A DNA stretch of 42,356 nucleotides from Oscillospiraceae bacterium. GTDB taxonomy: Bacteria; Bacillota; Clostridia; Oscillospirales; Ruminococcaceae. The stretch is taken from positions 1 to 42,356 of the forward strand of contig WRLS01000001.1 in assembly GCA_009776345.1 (NCBI GenBank), in the 5' to 3' direction. Positions 1-7,995 of this stretch are shown here, in pieces. The position numbers were made by a program, and so were the translations under genes. How positions within the stretch are numbered: position 1 is the stretch's first letter; the number at the start of each line of letters is the position of its first letter. The notes below the pieces were generated by a model. That model was not told the DNA's origin. It was given only the letters and a program-made list of their open reading frames with translations, and did no database searches.

Positions 1-777
1 GTCAGCATCATGGCGATCCCGGGAATCACATCCCCGGCGGTACAGCTTGCGCTGGTGGCACACTGCTCCAATCTCGCCAGCAGGTTCGCGGTTCTGGATA
101 TGCCGCTTGCCATGAGCAAACCGCAGGAGCTTCTTACGCACAGGGATATCGTGGACAGCGACTACGCGGCTATGTACCATCCTTGGATCCAGGTTTACGA
201 CCAACAGGCGAAAAAGCCCGCTTTTATCCCGCCAAGCGGCGCGGTTACAGGCATCTTCGCCCGCAGCGACACCACCCGCGGCGTACACAAGGCGCCCGCC
301 AACGAGGTTGTCAACAATGCGCTCGGTCTGTCCTGCCTTTATAACAAGGGAGAACAGGACCTGCTCAACCCGGCAGGCGTAAACCTTATCCGTGCGCTTC
401 CCGGCCAGGGCATCCGCGTATGGGGCGGCAGGACCTGCTCCAGCAACGGGCTTTGGAAATACGTCAACGTACGCAGGCTGTTCATCTTCCTCGAGGAAAC
501 GATTAAATCCCAGACCAACTGGGCAGTCTTTGAGCCGAACGATGAAGTGCTGTGGATGCGTGTCCAGCTTACAATTTCCGCGTTCCTGCGCGATATGTAC
601 CGTGCCGGCGCGTTAGTGGGGGCTGCGGAGTCGGAGGCATTCTATGTCAACGTCGGCCGCGACACAATGACCCAGCAGGATATCATCAACGGCCGCCTGA
701 TCTGCGTCATCGGCGTTGCGCCCAGCCGCCCGGCTGAGTTCGTAATCTTCCGCATCACCCAGAGGACCGGCGAATAA
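1..777 (+). CDS. Contractile tail sheath protein (Afp2/3/4-like), C-terminal part; 5' end outside window
   Basis: Sheath motifs YHPW, GVHKAPAN, IRVWGGRT, YVNVRR, WAVFEPN, RPAEFVIFRI; frame is open from position 1. Confidence 0.95.
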   Translation, partial: VSIMAIPGITSPAVQLALVAHCSNLASRFAVLDMPLAMSKPQELLTHRDIVDSDYAAMYHPWIQVYDQQAKKPAFIPPSGAVTGIFARSDTTRGVHKAPANEVVNNALGLSCLYNKGEQDLLNPAGVNLIRALPGQGIRVWGGRTCSSNGLWKYVNVRRLFIFLEETIKSQTNWAVFEPNDEVLWMRVQLTISAFLRDMYRAGALVGAAESEAFYVNVGRDTMTQQDIINGRLICVIGVAPSRPAEFVIFRITQRTGE

Positions 778-919
778 CCGGGCTGAGCCCGGAATCAACT
801 CGGGGGCGCTGTAATAAAGCTTTATGCCCTGTACACGCTGGGATGAAGGATAGACATTACAGCGAAGCCCGGAATCGGCTCATGATCTATTATACTACTC
901 GAAAGGATGGCAATTATAA

Positions 920-1369
920 ATGGCAATCAACACATATCCGTTAAAAAAATATAACTACCGCGTACAGATTGACAACATCGATGTGGCGGGGTTTTCCGAA
1001 GTGAGCGGCTTTGACGCCAGCGTGGATGTAATCGAATACCGCGAAGGCACCGAAGCGATCAACTCCCCCCGCAAAATGCCCGGCCTTACCAAGTACGGCA
1101 ATGTGACGCTTAGATGGGGCATGACTGAAAGCGTTAGCTTCTATGAATGGGTAGCCGGCATTTCAAACGGCGAGAGGGCGGCGGCGAGCGAGCGCGTACA
1201 AGACATCGTGATCTATTTGCAGGACGACCGCCACGACGATACCGCCAACTGGACCTTGGTAAACGCATGGCCGTGCAAATACACCGCGCCTGACTTCAAT
1301 TCCAGCTCCAGCGAGGTCGCCTTTGAGAGCGTTGAGCTTGCTTTTGAGGAAATGAGAAGGACACAGTAA
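920..1369 (+). CDS. Tail tube protein, T4 gp19-like (Afp1/5 family)
   Basis: GFSEVSG, IEYREG, KMPGLTKYGNVTLRWG, AWPCKYTAPDFN, VAFESVEL; RBS GAAAGGA upstream. Confidence 0.95.
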   Translation: MAINTYPLKKYNYRVQIDNIDVAGFSEVSGFDASVDVIEYREGTEAINSPRKMPGLTKYGNVTLRWGMTESVSFYEWVAGISNGERAAASERVQDIVIYLQDDRHDDTANWTLVNAWPCKYTAPDFNSSSSEVAFESVELAFEEMRRTQ

Positions 1370-1384
1370 TCCGCAAAACCTAAC

Positions 1385-1445
1385 CTCTTAGGGACTGTGC
1401 TGCAGGGCATTGTATAACGCCTTTGCCCTGCAGCCGGTCTAAGAG
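1385..1445 (+). other. Long intergenic stem-loop after the tube gene (no U-tract)
   Basis: Perfect 11-bp inverted repeat GCTGCAGGGCA (1399-1409)/TGCCCTGCAGC (1424-1434), extended by CTCTTAG (1385)/CTAAGAG (1439). Confidence 0.6.
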
Positions 1446-1469
1446 AATCAAGAAGGAGTGGGCGATATT

Positions 1470-1844
1470 ATGAGTACAGAGCTTATCACCGAATTTCCGT
1501 TTGAGCTGCCGAAAGGCTATGTGGATGCCGCCGGTATAGTACACAAGACCGGGACGATGCGCTTGTCCACCGCCGCTGATGAGATCCTTCCCCTGCGCGA
1601 CCCAAGGGTTGTGCAAAACCCCGGGTATCTTACGGTAATCCTGCTTTCCCGCGTTATTACGGCATTGGGCGACGTGCCCAGGATAGACCCGAAAATAATC
1701 GAAAAGCTATATTCGGCCGACCTTGCGTTTTTGCAAAATATGTACGCCGCCATAAACGCGGTCGAGCCGATAGTCAACACCTGTGTCTGTCCCGAATGCG
1801 GGCATACATTCGATGAACCTATAAATTTTATGACAGCGGAATAG
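1470..1844 (+). CDS. Putative tail assembly chaperone of CIS loci
   Basis: FELPKGYVD...GTMRLSTAADEI.PLRDPRV..NPGYL.VILLSRV...DLAFLQ and C-terminal CPECGH; AAGGAG RBS; position right after the tube gene. Confidence 0.8.
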   Translation: MSTELITEFPFELPKGYVDAAGIVHKTGTMRLSTAADEILPLRDPRVVQNPGYLTVILLSRVITALGDVPRIDPKIIEKLYSADLAFLQNMYAAINAVEPIVNTCVCPECGHTFDEPINFMTAE

Positions 1845-2020
1845 CCGTATACCCGGAGTCCGAGTTGTATAAGGAAATGGCGTTCATCAGCTATTACCAC
1901 CACTGGGACTACGACACGGTTATGACGCTCGACCACAAAACCAGGCGCAGGTTCTGCGCGGAGATTTCCGCCATACACAGAGAAATCAGCGACGCGCCAA
2001 AAAATATATTCGAGGTGTAG
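1829..2020 (+). CDS. DUF6760-like small CIS protein, not in the ORF track; either a -1 frameshift extension of the chaperone or started at TTG 1865
   Basis: Manual translation: ...YPESELYKEMAFISYYHHWDYDTVMTLDHKTRRRFCAEISAIHREISDAPKNIFEV*; matches the short YP..LY.E.A.I.YH.HW protein typical of CIS loci. Confidence 0.75.
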   Translation, partial: YDSGIAVYPESELYKEMAFISYYHHWDYDTVMTLDHKTRRRFCAEISAIHREISDAPKNIFEV

Positions 2021-2023
2021 AGT

Positions 2024-2581
2024 ATGCCTTTGCCCATCTTTTCATGGCAGTCGTCCCAGCCGTTGCTGTCGCATAATTTCGTTGTGTTTGTGGGTGTAAT
2101 GCCCATACCCTTTTCAAAGGTGAGCAGTGTTGAGGTTTCGATCGAAACCGAGGCCCTTGCCGAGGGCGGCGAAAACCGGTTTGTACATTCTATGAGCAAG
2201 CCCGTAACCGCAGAGAAAACGCTGGTACTGGAGCGCGGCGCGGACTCCGGGCTGGTGGGCTCGGTCCTGATGACCCTCGCCAACACGGCGCTGCGGGTGG
2301 GTTCGGTCTACGACTATATCGCCATCGCTGTTTTAGATCAGTGGGGCTTGCCGAAAAAATTGTACACCGCAACACATTGCATCCTTAAAAGGCGCAGGTT
2401 CTCCGATCTAAACGCGATGAGCGGCGAAGTTTTCATCGAAACCCTGGAGTTTATTTACAGGGACATGACAGAGGTCCCGGGCGTCAACGCTGCGTTCTCG
2501 GGCATAGCGGCGGGCGTTGCGCTGGCGGCTAAAAGTGTTCCGAAGTCTGTGCCTAAGCCGTTTACCCTGCCGCTTAACTAA
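2024..2581 (+). CDS. Second gp19-like tube protein (Afp5-like)
   Basis: PLLSHNF.V, FSKVS, EGGENRFVH, TLVLERG, SDLNA.S.EV.IE.LE. Confidence 0.8.
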   Translation: MPLPIFSWQSSQPLLSHNFVVFVGVMPIPFSKVSSVEVSIETEALAEGGENRFVHSMSKPVTAEKTLVLERGADSGLVGSVLMTLANTALRVGSVYDYIAIAVLDQWGLPKKLYTATHCILKRRRFSDLNAMSGEVFIETLEFIYRDMTEVPGVNAAFSGIAAGVALAAKSVPKSVPKPFTLPLN

Positions 2582-2621
2582 GATTGTTATCACAATTTCC
2601 AATAGGAGGAAGTGACGGGAA

Positions 2622-4802
2622 ATGATCAAGCTGTCATCCAACCCCGGTTTTGTACAGGGCATTATTTCCCGCTACAGCTCCGAAATATCACAGCAAGCAC
2701 CCATGGCCTTACTTGTCCTCATGCAGCCCAAAAAGCAGGAGGAAAGCGAAAGCCGCCTGGCGCGCAGTGTGAGAAACCTGCATTTTATCCGTCAGGCTGT
2801 CGCCGAAAACACGATATATAACCTAAATATACAGATTGGCTTCGCGGCGTCTTTATTCCATAAAGCCGTAAGGGAGATCCATCAAGGTACCGCACGCCAT
2901 TTAGGGATGCTGGAAAAAATATCACCGCCAAAAAACGAAGAGAGGCAAAGCACAGGCGGGATTAGGCCGGGGGCGCAAGAATCTGTAATTCCCGTGAATC
3001 CCGGATACACGCCGCGGTATCCTACAGCACAGTCGCGGGAAACCGGTGTGCCTGCCGAAGCTTCACGCCGCACCCCGATAAACCTGGTATTCCCGGCGGG
3101 TACCGCACAGCCTGAACCCGAGGCGCGGCAAAGCCGTCACGGCAATATGGATAGGCATACGGCGGGAAGAAACAAATCGCAAGCGGGAAGGGCGGATACA
3201 GCGCCCGCGCAAACCCTGCCTCCGCCCAAAACCTCCGAACCGCGGCAGACGGGAAATACCCCGCGCGGGGAAGCCCCAAAAGACAGCACCGCATCACGGC
3301 GCGGAAATACAGACGCCGAGGGGGCAATTTTTACACGGGCATACCGGTTGGCGGAGCTTGTAAACACATTGCATTCACATAGGGATCGCGGCGCGCTTAT
3401 AAATTTATGGAAAAACGCCGATGCGTTACCGTCGGAAGACGGCGACGCGCAAGCTCGGGGCATTGCGGGTATAAACAATGCAAAGATTGTATCTATCCCG
3501 CGAAGCCCCGCAATAGGCACACGGCGGGCAGACAAACCATTTTTACCGGAGCAAAGGTTTTTCCCTTTACAGGCAAAAGAAAGAGGCGCACAGCCAGTTT
3601 TCCAATCACAGCTATTCTTAAGGCCGCCTGACTCGGCGGCGCTGACAGACGGGCAAACACGCGCTGAAACTCCACCCGTTATTCCGGGTAGACAGGCACA
3701 AATCGGCGGGCTTACAACAGTTTCTGCCATACCGGGGCAATTAAGAGCAGACAAAAACTCAGGCGCAAGAATAGGCCCCGATGCGGCGGTGCCTGATTTC
3801 CTGCCCGTCAGCCGCGATTTTGCCGCCGTGGGACAGGATGCCCCCGAAAATCGCCCGCGGGAAGCCGCCCCGACGACATCACGGCAAACAAGGCTTGCCG
3901 CGGAAAACGCACAGCCCGCGCGGCTTAACGCACAGGCGCATGAAAGCGCGGCAGGGTCCCGCACGCGACCGCCGCAGGGCAGTGACCCCGTCCCCGCTTT
4001 TATGGTTTTACCGCGGGCTGCCGTTATTGATTCAAGACCGGAAACATCCGGGCAGTACACCGTCGCGGATGTAAGGCAAGCAAGCTTTGACCACCTGCTT
4101 CAAAAAGCAGCGTCTTACGGATTGGCGCCGGGGAAAGCTTCCGCGCAGGATTCCGGGAGCGCCCGTTATGCGGCGATGACGGGTAGATATCATCCCAATA
4201 TCGGAAACGCGCACTCACCCAATTCCGGTAATGCCGTAATAAGTACGCGGACGGCGGAAGGCACATCCCGACAGTACAGGCAAAACACGCAGTGGGGAAA
4301 TGAACGCGCCCGTCCCGCGCAAAGCCTGCCGGAAAGCCCTATCTATGCAGGTAACGTGCCGGGGGCGGTCTTGGTGAAGCCCGATGATTTCGTCCCGCGC
4401 GCGGATTTATCTGTTCAAAACCTAACAGCACGTACTGGGAGGGCAAGCACGGCACGCGCGAATATGCCTTCGCGCCGGAGCTACGAGTCATCCCCGCCGG
4501 GGGCGGCGATTGTATACCGCAAGGAAGCACAGGAGCAACAGGAACCACCGCCTGTCCCGCCGCAAATCGGCAATGATATTGAGTTTATCAAAAAGACGGT
4601 CGGGCAGACGCAAACAACAACCCGGACGCAGACTGTAAATACGGCCGTGAATATCCCGGGACCGGTCACGGCAAACGCGGCACAGCTTGAACCGGCCATC
4701 GCGCGCAGTCTGGACCGGCAGGTAAACGCCATCGCCGACAAGGTATACGGGGCGCTGGAGCGAAGGCTGAGAAGTGAGCAAATGAGAAGGGGGCTGCTGT
4801 AA
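2622..4802 (+). CDS. Long low-complexity eCIS protein (possible tape-measure/cargo-type)
   Basis: 726 aa rich in Pro/Ala/Arg/Ser/Thr; C-terminal helix IADKVYGALERRLRSEQMRRG, a type seen in CIS genes upstream of the LysM gene; AGGAGG RBS. Confidence 0.6.
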   Translation: MIKLSSNPGFVQGIISRYSSEISQQAPMALLVLMQPKKQEESESRLARSVRNLHFIRQAVAENTIYNLNIQIGFAASLFHKAVREIHQGTARHLGMLEKISPPKNEERQSTGGIRPGAQESVIPVNPGYTPRYPTAQSRETGVPAEASRRTPINLVFPAGTAQPEPEARQSRHGNMDRHTAGRNKSQAGRADTAPAQTLPPPKTSEPRQTGNTPRGEAPKDSTASRRGNTDAEGAIFTRAYRLAELVNTLHSHRDRGALINLWKNADALPSEDGDAQARGIAGINNAKIVSIPRSPAIGTRRADKPFLPEQRFFPLQAKERGAQPVFQSQLFLRPPDSAALTDGQTRAETPPVIPGRQAQIGGLTTVSAIPGQLRADKNSGARIGPDAAVPDFLPVSRDFAAVGQDAPENRPREAAPTTSRQTRLAAENAQPARLNAQAHESAAGSRTRPPQGSDPVPAFMVLPRAAVIDSRPETSGQYTVADVRQASFDHLLQKAASYGLAPGKASAQDSGSARYAAMTGRYHPNIGNAHSPNSGNAVISTRTAEGTSRQYRQNTQWGNERARPAQSLPESPIYAGNVPGAVLVKPDDFVPRADLSVQNLTARTGRASTARANMPSRRSYESSPPGAAIVYRKEAQEQQEPPPVPPQIGNDIEFIKKTVGQTQTTTRTQTVNTAVNIPGPVTANAAQLEPAIARSLDRQVNAIADKVYGALERRLRSEQMRRGLL

Positions 4803-5651
4803 TTGGCTGTTTTAACTAACGCAATGCAGAAACTTAGAAAAGTATACGGCAACGGAAAGCTGGAAAAAGCGCTTGTCGTCAGGTATGTAAGGACGGGGAA
4901 ATCTTTCGCTGTAAAAGATAAAATAAGGGTTCAGTTCAACCCGGCTGAGTACAGCATTACACGCAGCGTGAGGCAGTCGGCAAAACAGGCGCTTGGCAGG
5001 GATATCTCATCCGAGGGCATCCAAACCGTGTCCGGGGAAACCTCACTGCTTACACTGAGCCTTTATTTCGACAGCTACACAGAGCTTAAATCCGATCAAG
5101 GCGTTGTAAACTATGCGAAAAGCTCCGCCATCGACTATTTAAAAAGTGATTACAATACACAGATAAACCAAAGCTTAAAAGATATAATGCCGAGCGCCGA
5201 TTTAAACGAGGACCTCTCCCCGGCGCCCGACCTTAAAGTAAACGAACGCTTTACACAGTTCCTTGACCTGATCAAATACGAACACGAGGGGCACGAGCCG
5301 CCCCATATAGGTTTTATTTGGGGGGACAGCGTCTTTTTTGTCGGGAAGGTAATTTCCCAGAATACACAGTATACTGTCTTCGATCGGGACGGCACTCCTG
5401 TGCGCGCACGCATGACTTTAACGATTGCCGGCGAGGATATCGTGTTTGACCAGAAAAGGGAGCTGTACCCGATGGAATCCCCCAACCGTACCAAACAGCG
5501 CAGCCTGAGATACGGGGACCGGCTATGGATGCTCGCGCAGGAGGAATACGGTGACCCGGCGCGCTGGAAAACAATTGCCGAGGCAAACAATATCTTAAAC
5601 CCGCGCCTTGCCCCCGGACCCCTTCGCCTGCAGGTGCCTTCCATACGGTAG
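4803..5651 (+). CDS. CIS tube initiator (Afp7-like) with C-terminal LysM domain
   Basis: VQFNPAEYSI, L.L.LYFD, F.WG, YTVFDRDGTPVRA, then LysM-like GDRLWMLAQEEYGDPARWKTIAEANNI.NP. Confidence 0.9.
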   Translation: MAVLTNAMQKLRKVYGNGKLEKALVVRYVRTGKSFAVKDKIRVQFNPAEYSITRSVRQSAKQALGRDISSEGIQTVSGETSLLTLSLYFDSYTELKSDQGVVNYAKSSAIDYLKSDYNTQINQSLKDIMPSADLNEDLSPAPDLKVNERFTQFLDLIKYEHEGHEPPHIGFIWGDSVFFVGKVISQNTQYTVFDRDGTPVRARMTLTIAGEDIVFDQKRELYPMESPNRTKQRSLRYGDRLWMLAQEEYGDPARWKTIAEANNILNPRLAPGPLRLQVPSIR

Positions 5652-5702
5652 CAGCTTTTTTGAAATATACAAAAAGATTAGCATAAAGGGCGGTGTGCCG
5701 CA

Positions 5703-6803
5703 GTGAGCCTGATGACCGAAAGCACCAGCTACAAAAAACTCAGCGAGAGGTACCGCGGCTTCGGTGCGCCTACTGTCCGTATTCATGTGGACGGTGTAGA
5801 AATCACCGAAAAGATGGACGCCAAGATATCCGAGGTCACGGTTGACCTGACAGCGGGATTTTCCGCATCGGGATGTGGGTTTGACATAATTGGGGAATAC
5901 GACCCGAAAAACACGGTTTTTTCCCCTGACGGCGCGGCAAAGCTGCTGCAGCTTGGCGCAAAGGTTGAGCTGGAGCTTGGATATATCGAAACTGTCTGTG
6001 TTTTCCGCGGGCTTATCGTGGAAGTGGAATACACATTAGACGACGGGGACGCACCTTTCATCCATGTAGAGTGCATGGATGCCAAATGCCTGCTGATGAA
6101 ACGGCGCAGGCTTGGGCTGATGAGCCAAAAGAGCGTTACAGATGCTGTTGGGGAGATGATGGACGCCCAGCCGTTCAGCGATTATATCGAGGATAAAGAA
6201 ATAGAGCCTCTCAGCGGCAAAGCGGAAATGCTCCCGGCAATGACGGAGGACGACTACCAATTTGTCATACGCCACGCCAGAAAGGCGGGATACGAGTTTT
6301 TTATCATTCAGGGGAAGGCCTTTTTCAGAAAGGCGCCGGCATCGTATTCGTCGGTGATGACACTGGGCCGCGACACCGGGCTGCTGTCGGTAAAGCAGTC
6401 ACTGCGCGGGGACCCGCTGTATAAAAAAGCGACGGTTGTGGGCATAAACCCCGGGGACGGCAAAATGGTTTCCGGCGGGGCGGAGCTTTCCGGCAAATTC
6501 GGGGATGGGCAAGGCACGCCGCGTATGCTCGGGCAATCCGAAAAAATTGTATTCGACCATGGTGTCGAAAGCGCCGAGCAGGCGGAGCAGCGCGCAAAAG
6601 CCCTGATACAGGAAGCCGTGGGAAGCTTCGGCAGGCTGGAGTGCCGGTGCGAGGGCATCCCGGAGCTGGTCCCGGGGCGCAGTGTGATAATTGAAGGGAT
6701 CACGCCGGACGCAGACAAAGAATATTACATTACAGATGTGCGCCATACGCTCGATGAGCGCGGCTTTTTTACAACGCTGGAAGCGAGGATAGATACATTA
6801 TGA
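5703..6803 (+). CDS. Baseplate hub, late-control gpD/gp27-like (Afp8 N-terminal half)
   Basis: LGAKVELELGY, VFRGLI, EDDYQFV..HA...GYEF, GIPELVPG, YYITDVRH; synteny. Confidence 0.85.
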   Translation: MSLMTESTSYKKLSERYRGFGAPTVRIHVDGVEITEKMDAKISEVTVDLTAGFSASGCGFDIIGEYDPKNTVFSPDGAAKLLQLGAKVELELGYIETVCVFRGLIVEVEYTLDDGDAPFIHVECMDAKCLLMKRRRLGLMSQKSVTDAVGEMMDAQPFSDYIEDKEIEPLSGKAEMLPAMTEDDYQFVIRHARKAGYEFFIIQGKAFFRKAPASYSSVMTLGRDTGLLSVKQSLRGDPLYKKATVVGINPGDGKMVSGGAELSGKFGDGQGTPRMLGQSEKIVFDHGVESAEQAEQRAKALIQEAVGSFGRLECRCEGIPELVPGRSVIIEGITPDADKEYYITDVRHTLDERGFFTTLEARIDTL

Positions 6804-7570
6804 GTATAACCGACCTGCTCACACCGCCGCAGGATACGAACCGCCCGGGTGCGGTGGGGAGCTTCGTGCTGGGTACTGTGGCGGAAAACAACAGCGATGA
6901 ATTCCCCGGTATGGTAAAGGTGGCATTTACGGCTTGGACCGAGGGCGAAAATATTTCTAAATGGCTGCCGGTGCTTACACCTTACGCGGGCCCGGGGTAC
7001 GGATGCTACCTGATCCCCGAAATTGATGATATCGTGCTGGTGGGCTTTATTGGCCAGATGTTGGAACAGCCCTTTGTTATGGGGAGCTTTTTCCCCATGG
7101 GGGCGGCGCTTCCCGGGGAGCAGTATGACGAAAAAAACACCAGCCGCCATTTCAAGACCAAGGGCGGGGTATCGCTGACGGTTAAAGACGACGACGGCAA
7201 ACAGAGCGTCAGCGTGGAAACGCCGCAGGGCCTGAAACTGCTGATGGAGGACGAAAGCGGCTCGATAACAGTGACAGACGGCGCGAACAGCCTAAAACTG
7301 GACGCTAAAGCGGGCGCGGCGGAGCTTACCGCAGACAAAAAAATCACACTGAAGGCGGGAAGCTGCGAGATCAGCATGGACGGCACAGGCGGCTCGCTGG
7401 GCATTAAAGGCGGGCAGTTAAGCCTTGAAGGCAGCCAGACGGCGGCGCTTAAAAGCAGCAATATGCTCACCGTGGACGGCGGGATGACCACTGTGGAGGG
7501 CAAGCAGACATTGACGCTCAAGGGGAGCGCTATGTGCGAAATTTCCGGCGGCATGGTAAAAATCAACTAG
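6800..7570 (+). CDS. Spike protein, gpV/gp5 OB-fold plus beta-helix (VgrG-like C-terminal half)
   Basis: GMVKV.F, WLPVLTPYAG.GYG..LIPEIDD.VLVGF..PFVMG, Gly/Ser/Thr-rich beta repeats ending GGMVKIN. Confidence 0.9.
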   Translation: MSITDLLTPPQDTNRPGAVGSFVLGTVAENNSDEFPGMVKVAFTAWTEGENISKWLPVLTPYAGPGYGCYLIPEIDDIVLVGFIGQMLEQPFVMGSFFPMGAALPGEQYDEKNTSRHFKTKGGVSLTVKDDDGKQSVSVETPQGLKLLMEDESGSITVTDGANSLKLDAKAGAAELTADKKITLKAGSCEISMDGTGGSLGIKGGQLSLEGSQTAALKSSNMLTVDGGMTTVEGKQTLTLKGSAMCEISGGMVKIN

Positions 7571-7581
7571 GAGGGGCCGAA

Positions 7582-7995
7582 GTGGATAAAACCGACGCGT
7601 TTTTGGGGAAGGGACTGAGCTTCCCGCCTCGGGTTGACCCGGTGACAGGGCGGTTTGTGATGTGTTCCGGTGAGGAGGATATCCGCCAGTCGATCTACAT
7701 CATCCTGATGACACGCATGGGCGAGCGCGCAATGATGCCGGATTTCGGGTGCAGGCTGCACGACTTTGTCTTTGAGCTGCCTGATGCCGCTTCGATGGCA
7801 CTGCTGCGCAACGAAGTGACCACGGCACTGATAAGGTGGGAGCCGCGCATTATCGACATAGGCGTGGAAATTGACACTACGCGTATTGTGGACGGCAGGG
7901 TGGTGCTGGATATCTCATATGTTGTCCGCGCGACAAATAACCCCGGCAACCTGGTCTTCCCATATTACTTATACGAGGGCGTGGGTATAGAATGA
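7582..7995 (+). CDS. GPW/gp25 baseplate protein (Afp9-like)
   Basis: FLGKGLSFP, DIRQSI..IL.T..GER.M.PDFGC.L, WEPRI, NLVFPYYL; GTG start after GGAGGGG. Confidence 0.93.
   Translation: MDKTDAFLGKGLSFPPRVDPVTGRFVMCSGEEDIRQSIYIILMTRMGERAMMPDFGCRLHDFVFELPDAASMALLRNEVTTALIRWEPRIIDIGVEIDTTRIVDGRVVLDISYVVRATNNPGNLVFPYYLYEGVGIE

Noticed and set aside
3137-4060. 307-aa minus-strand ORF
   Set aside because: Antisense shadow of the 726-aa operon gene in GC-rich DNA; no recognisable motif
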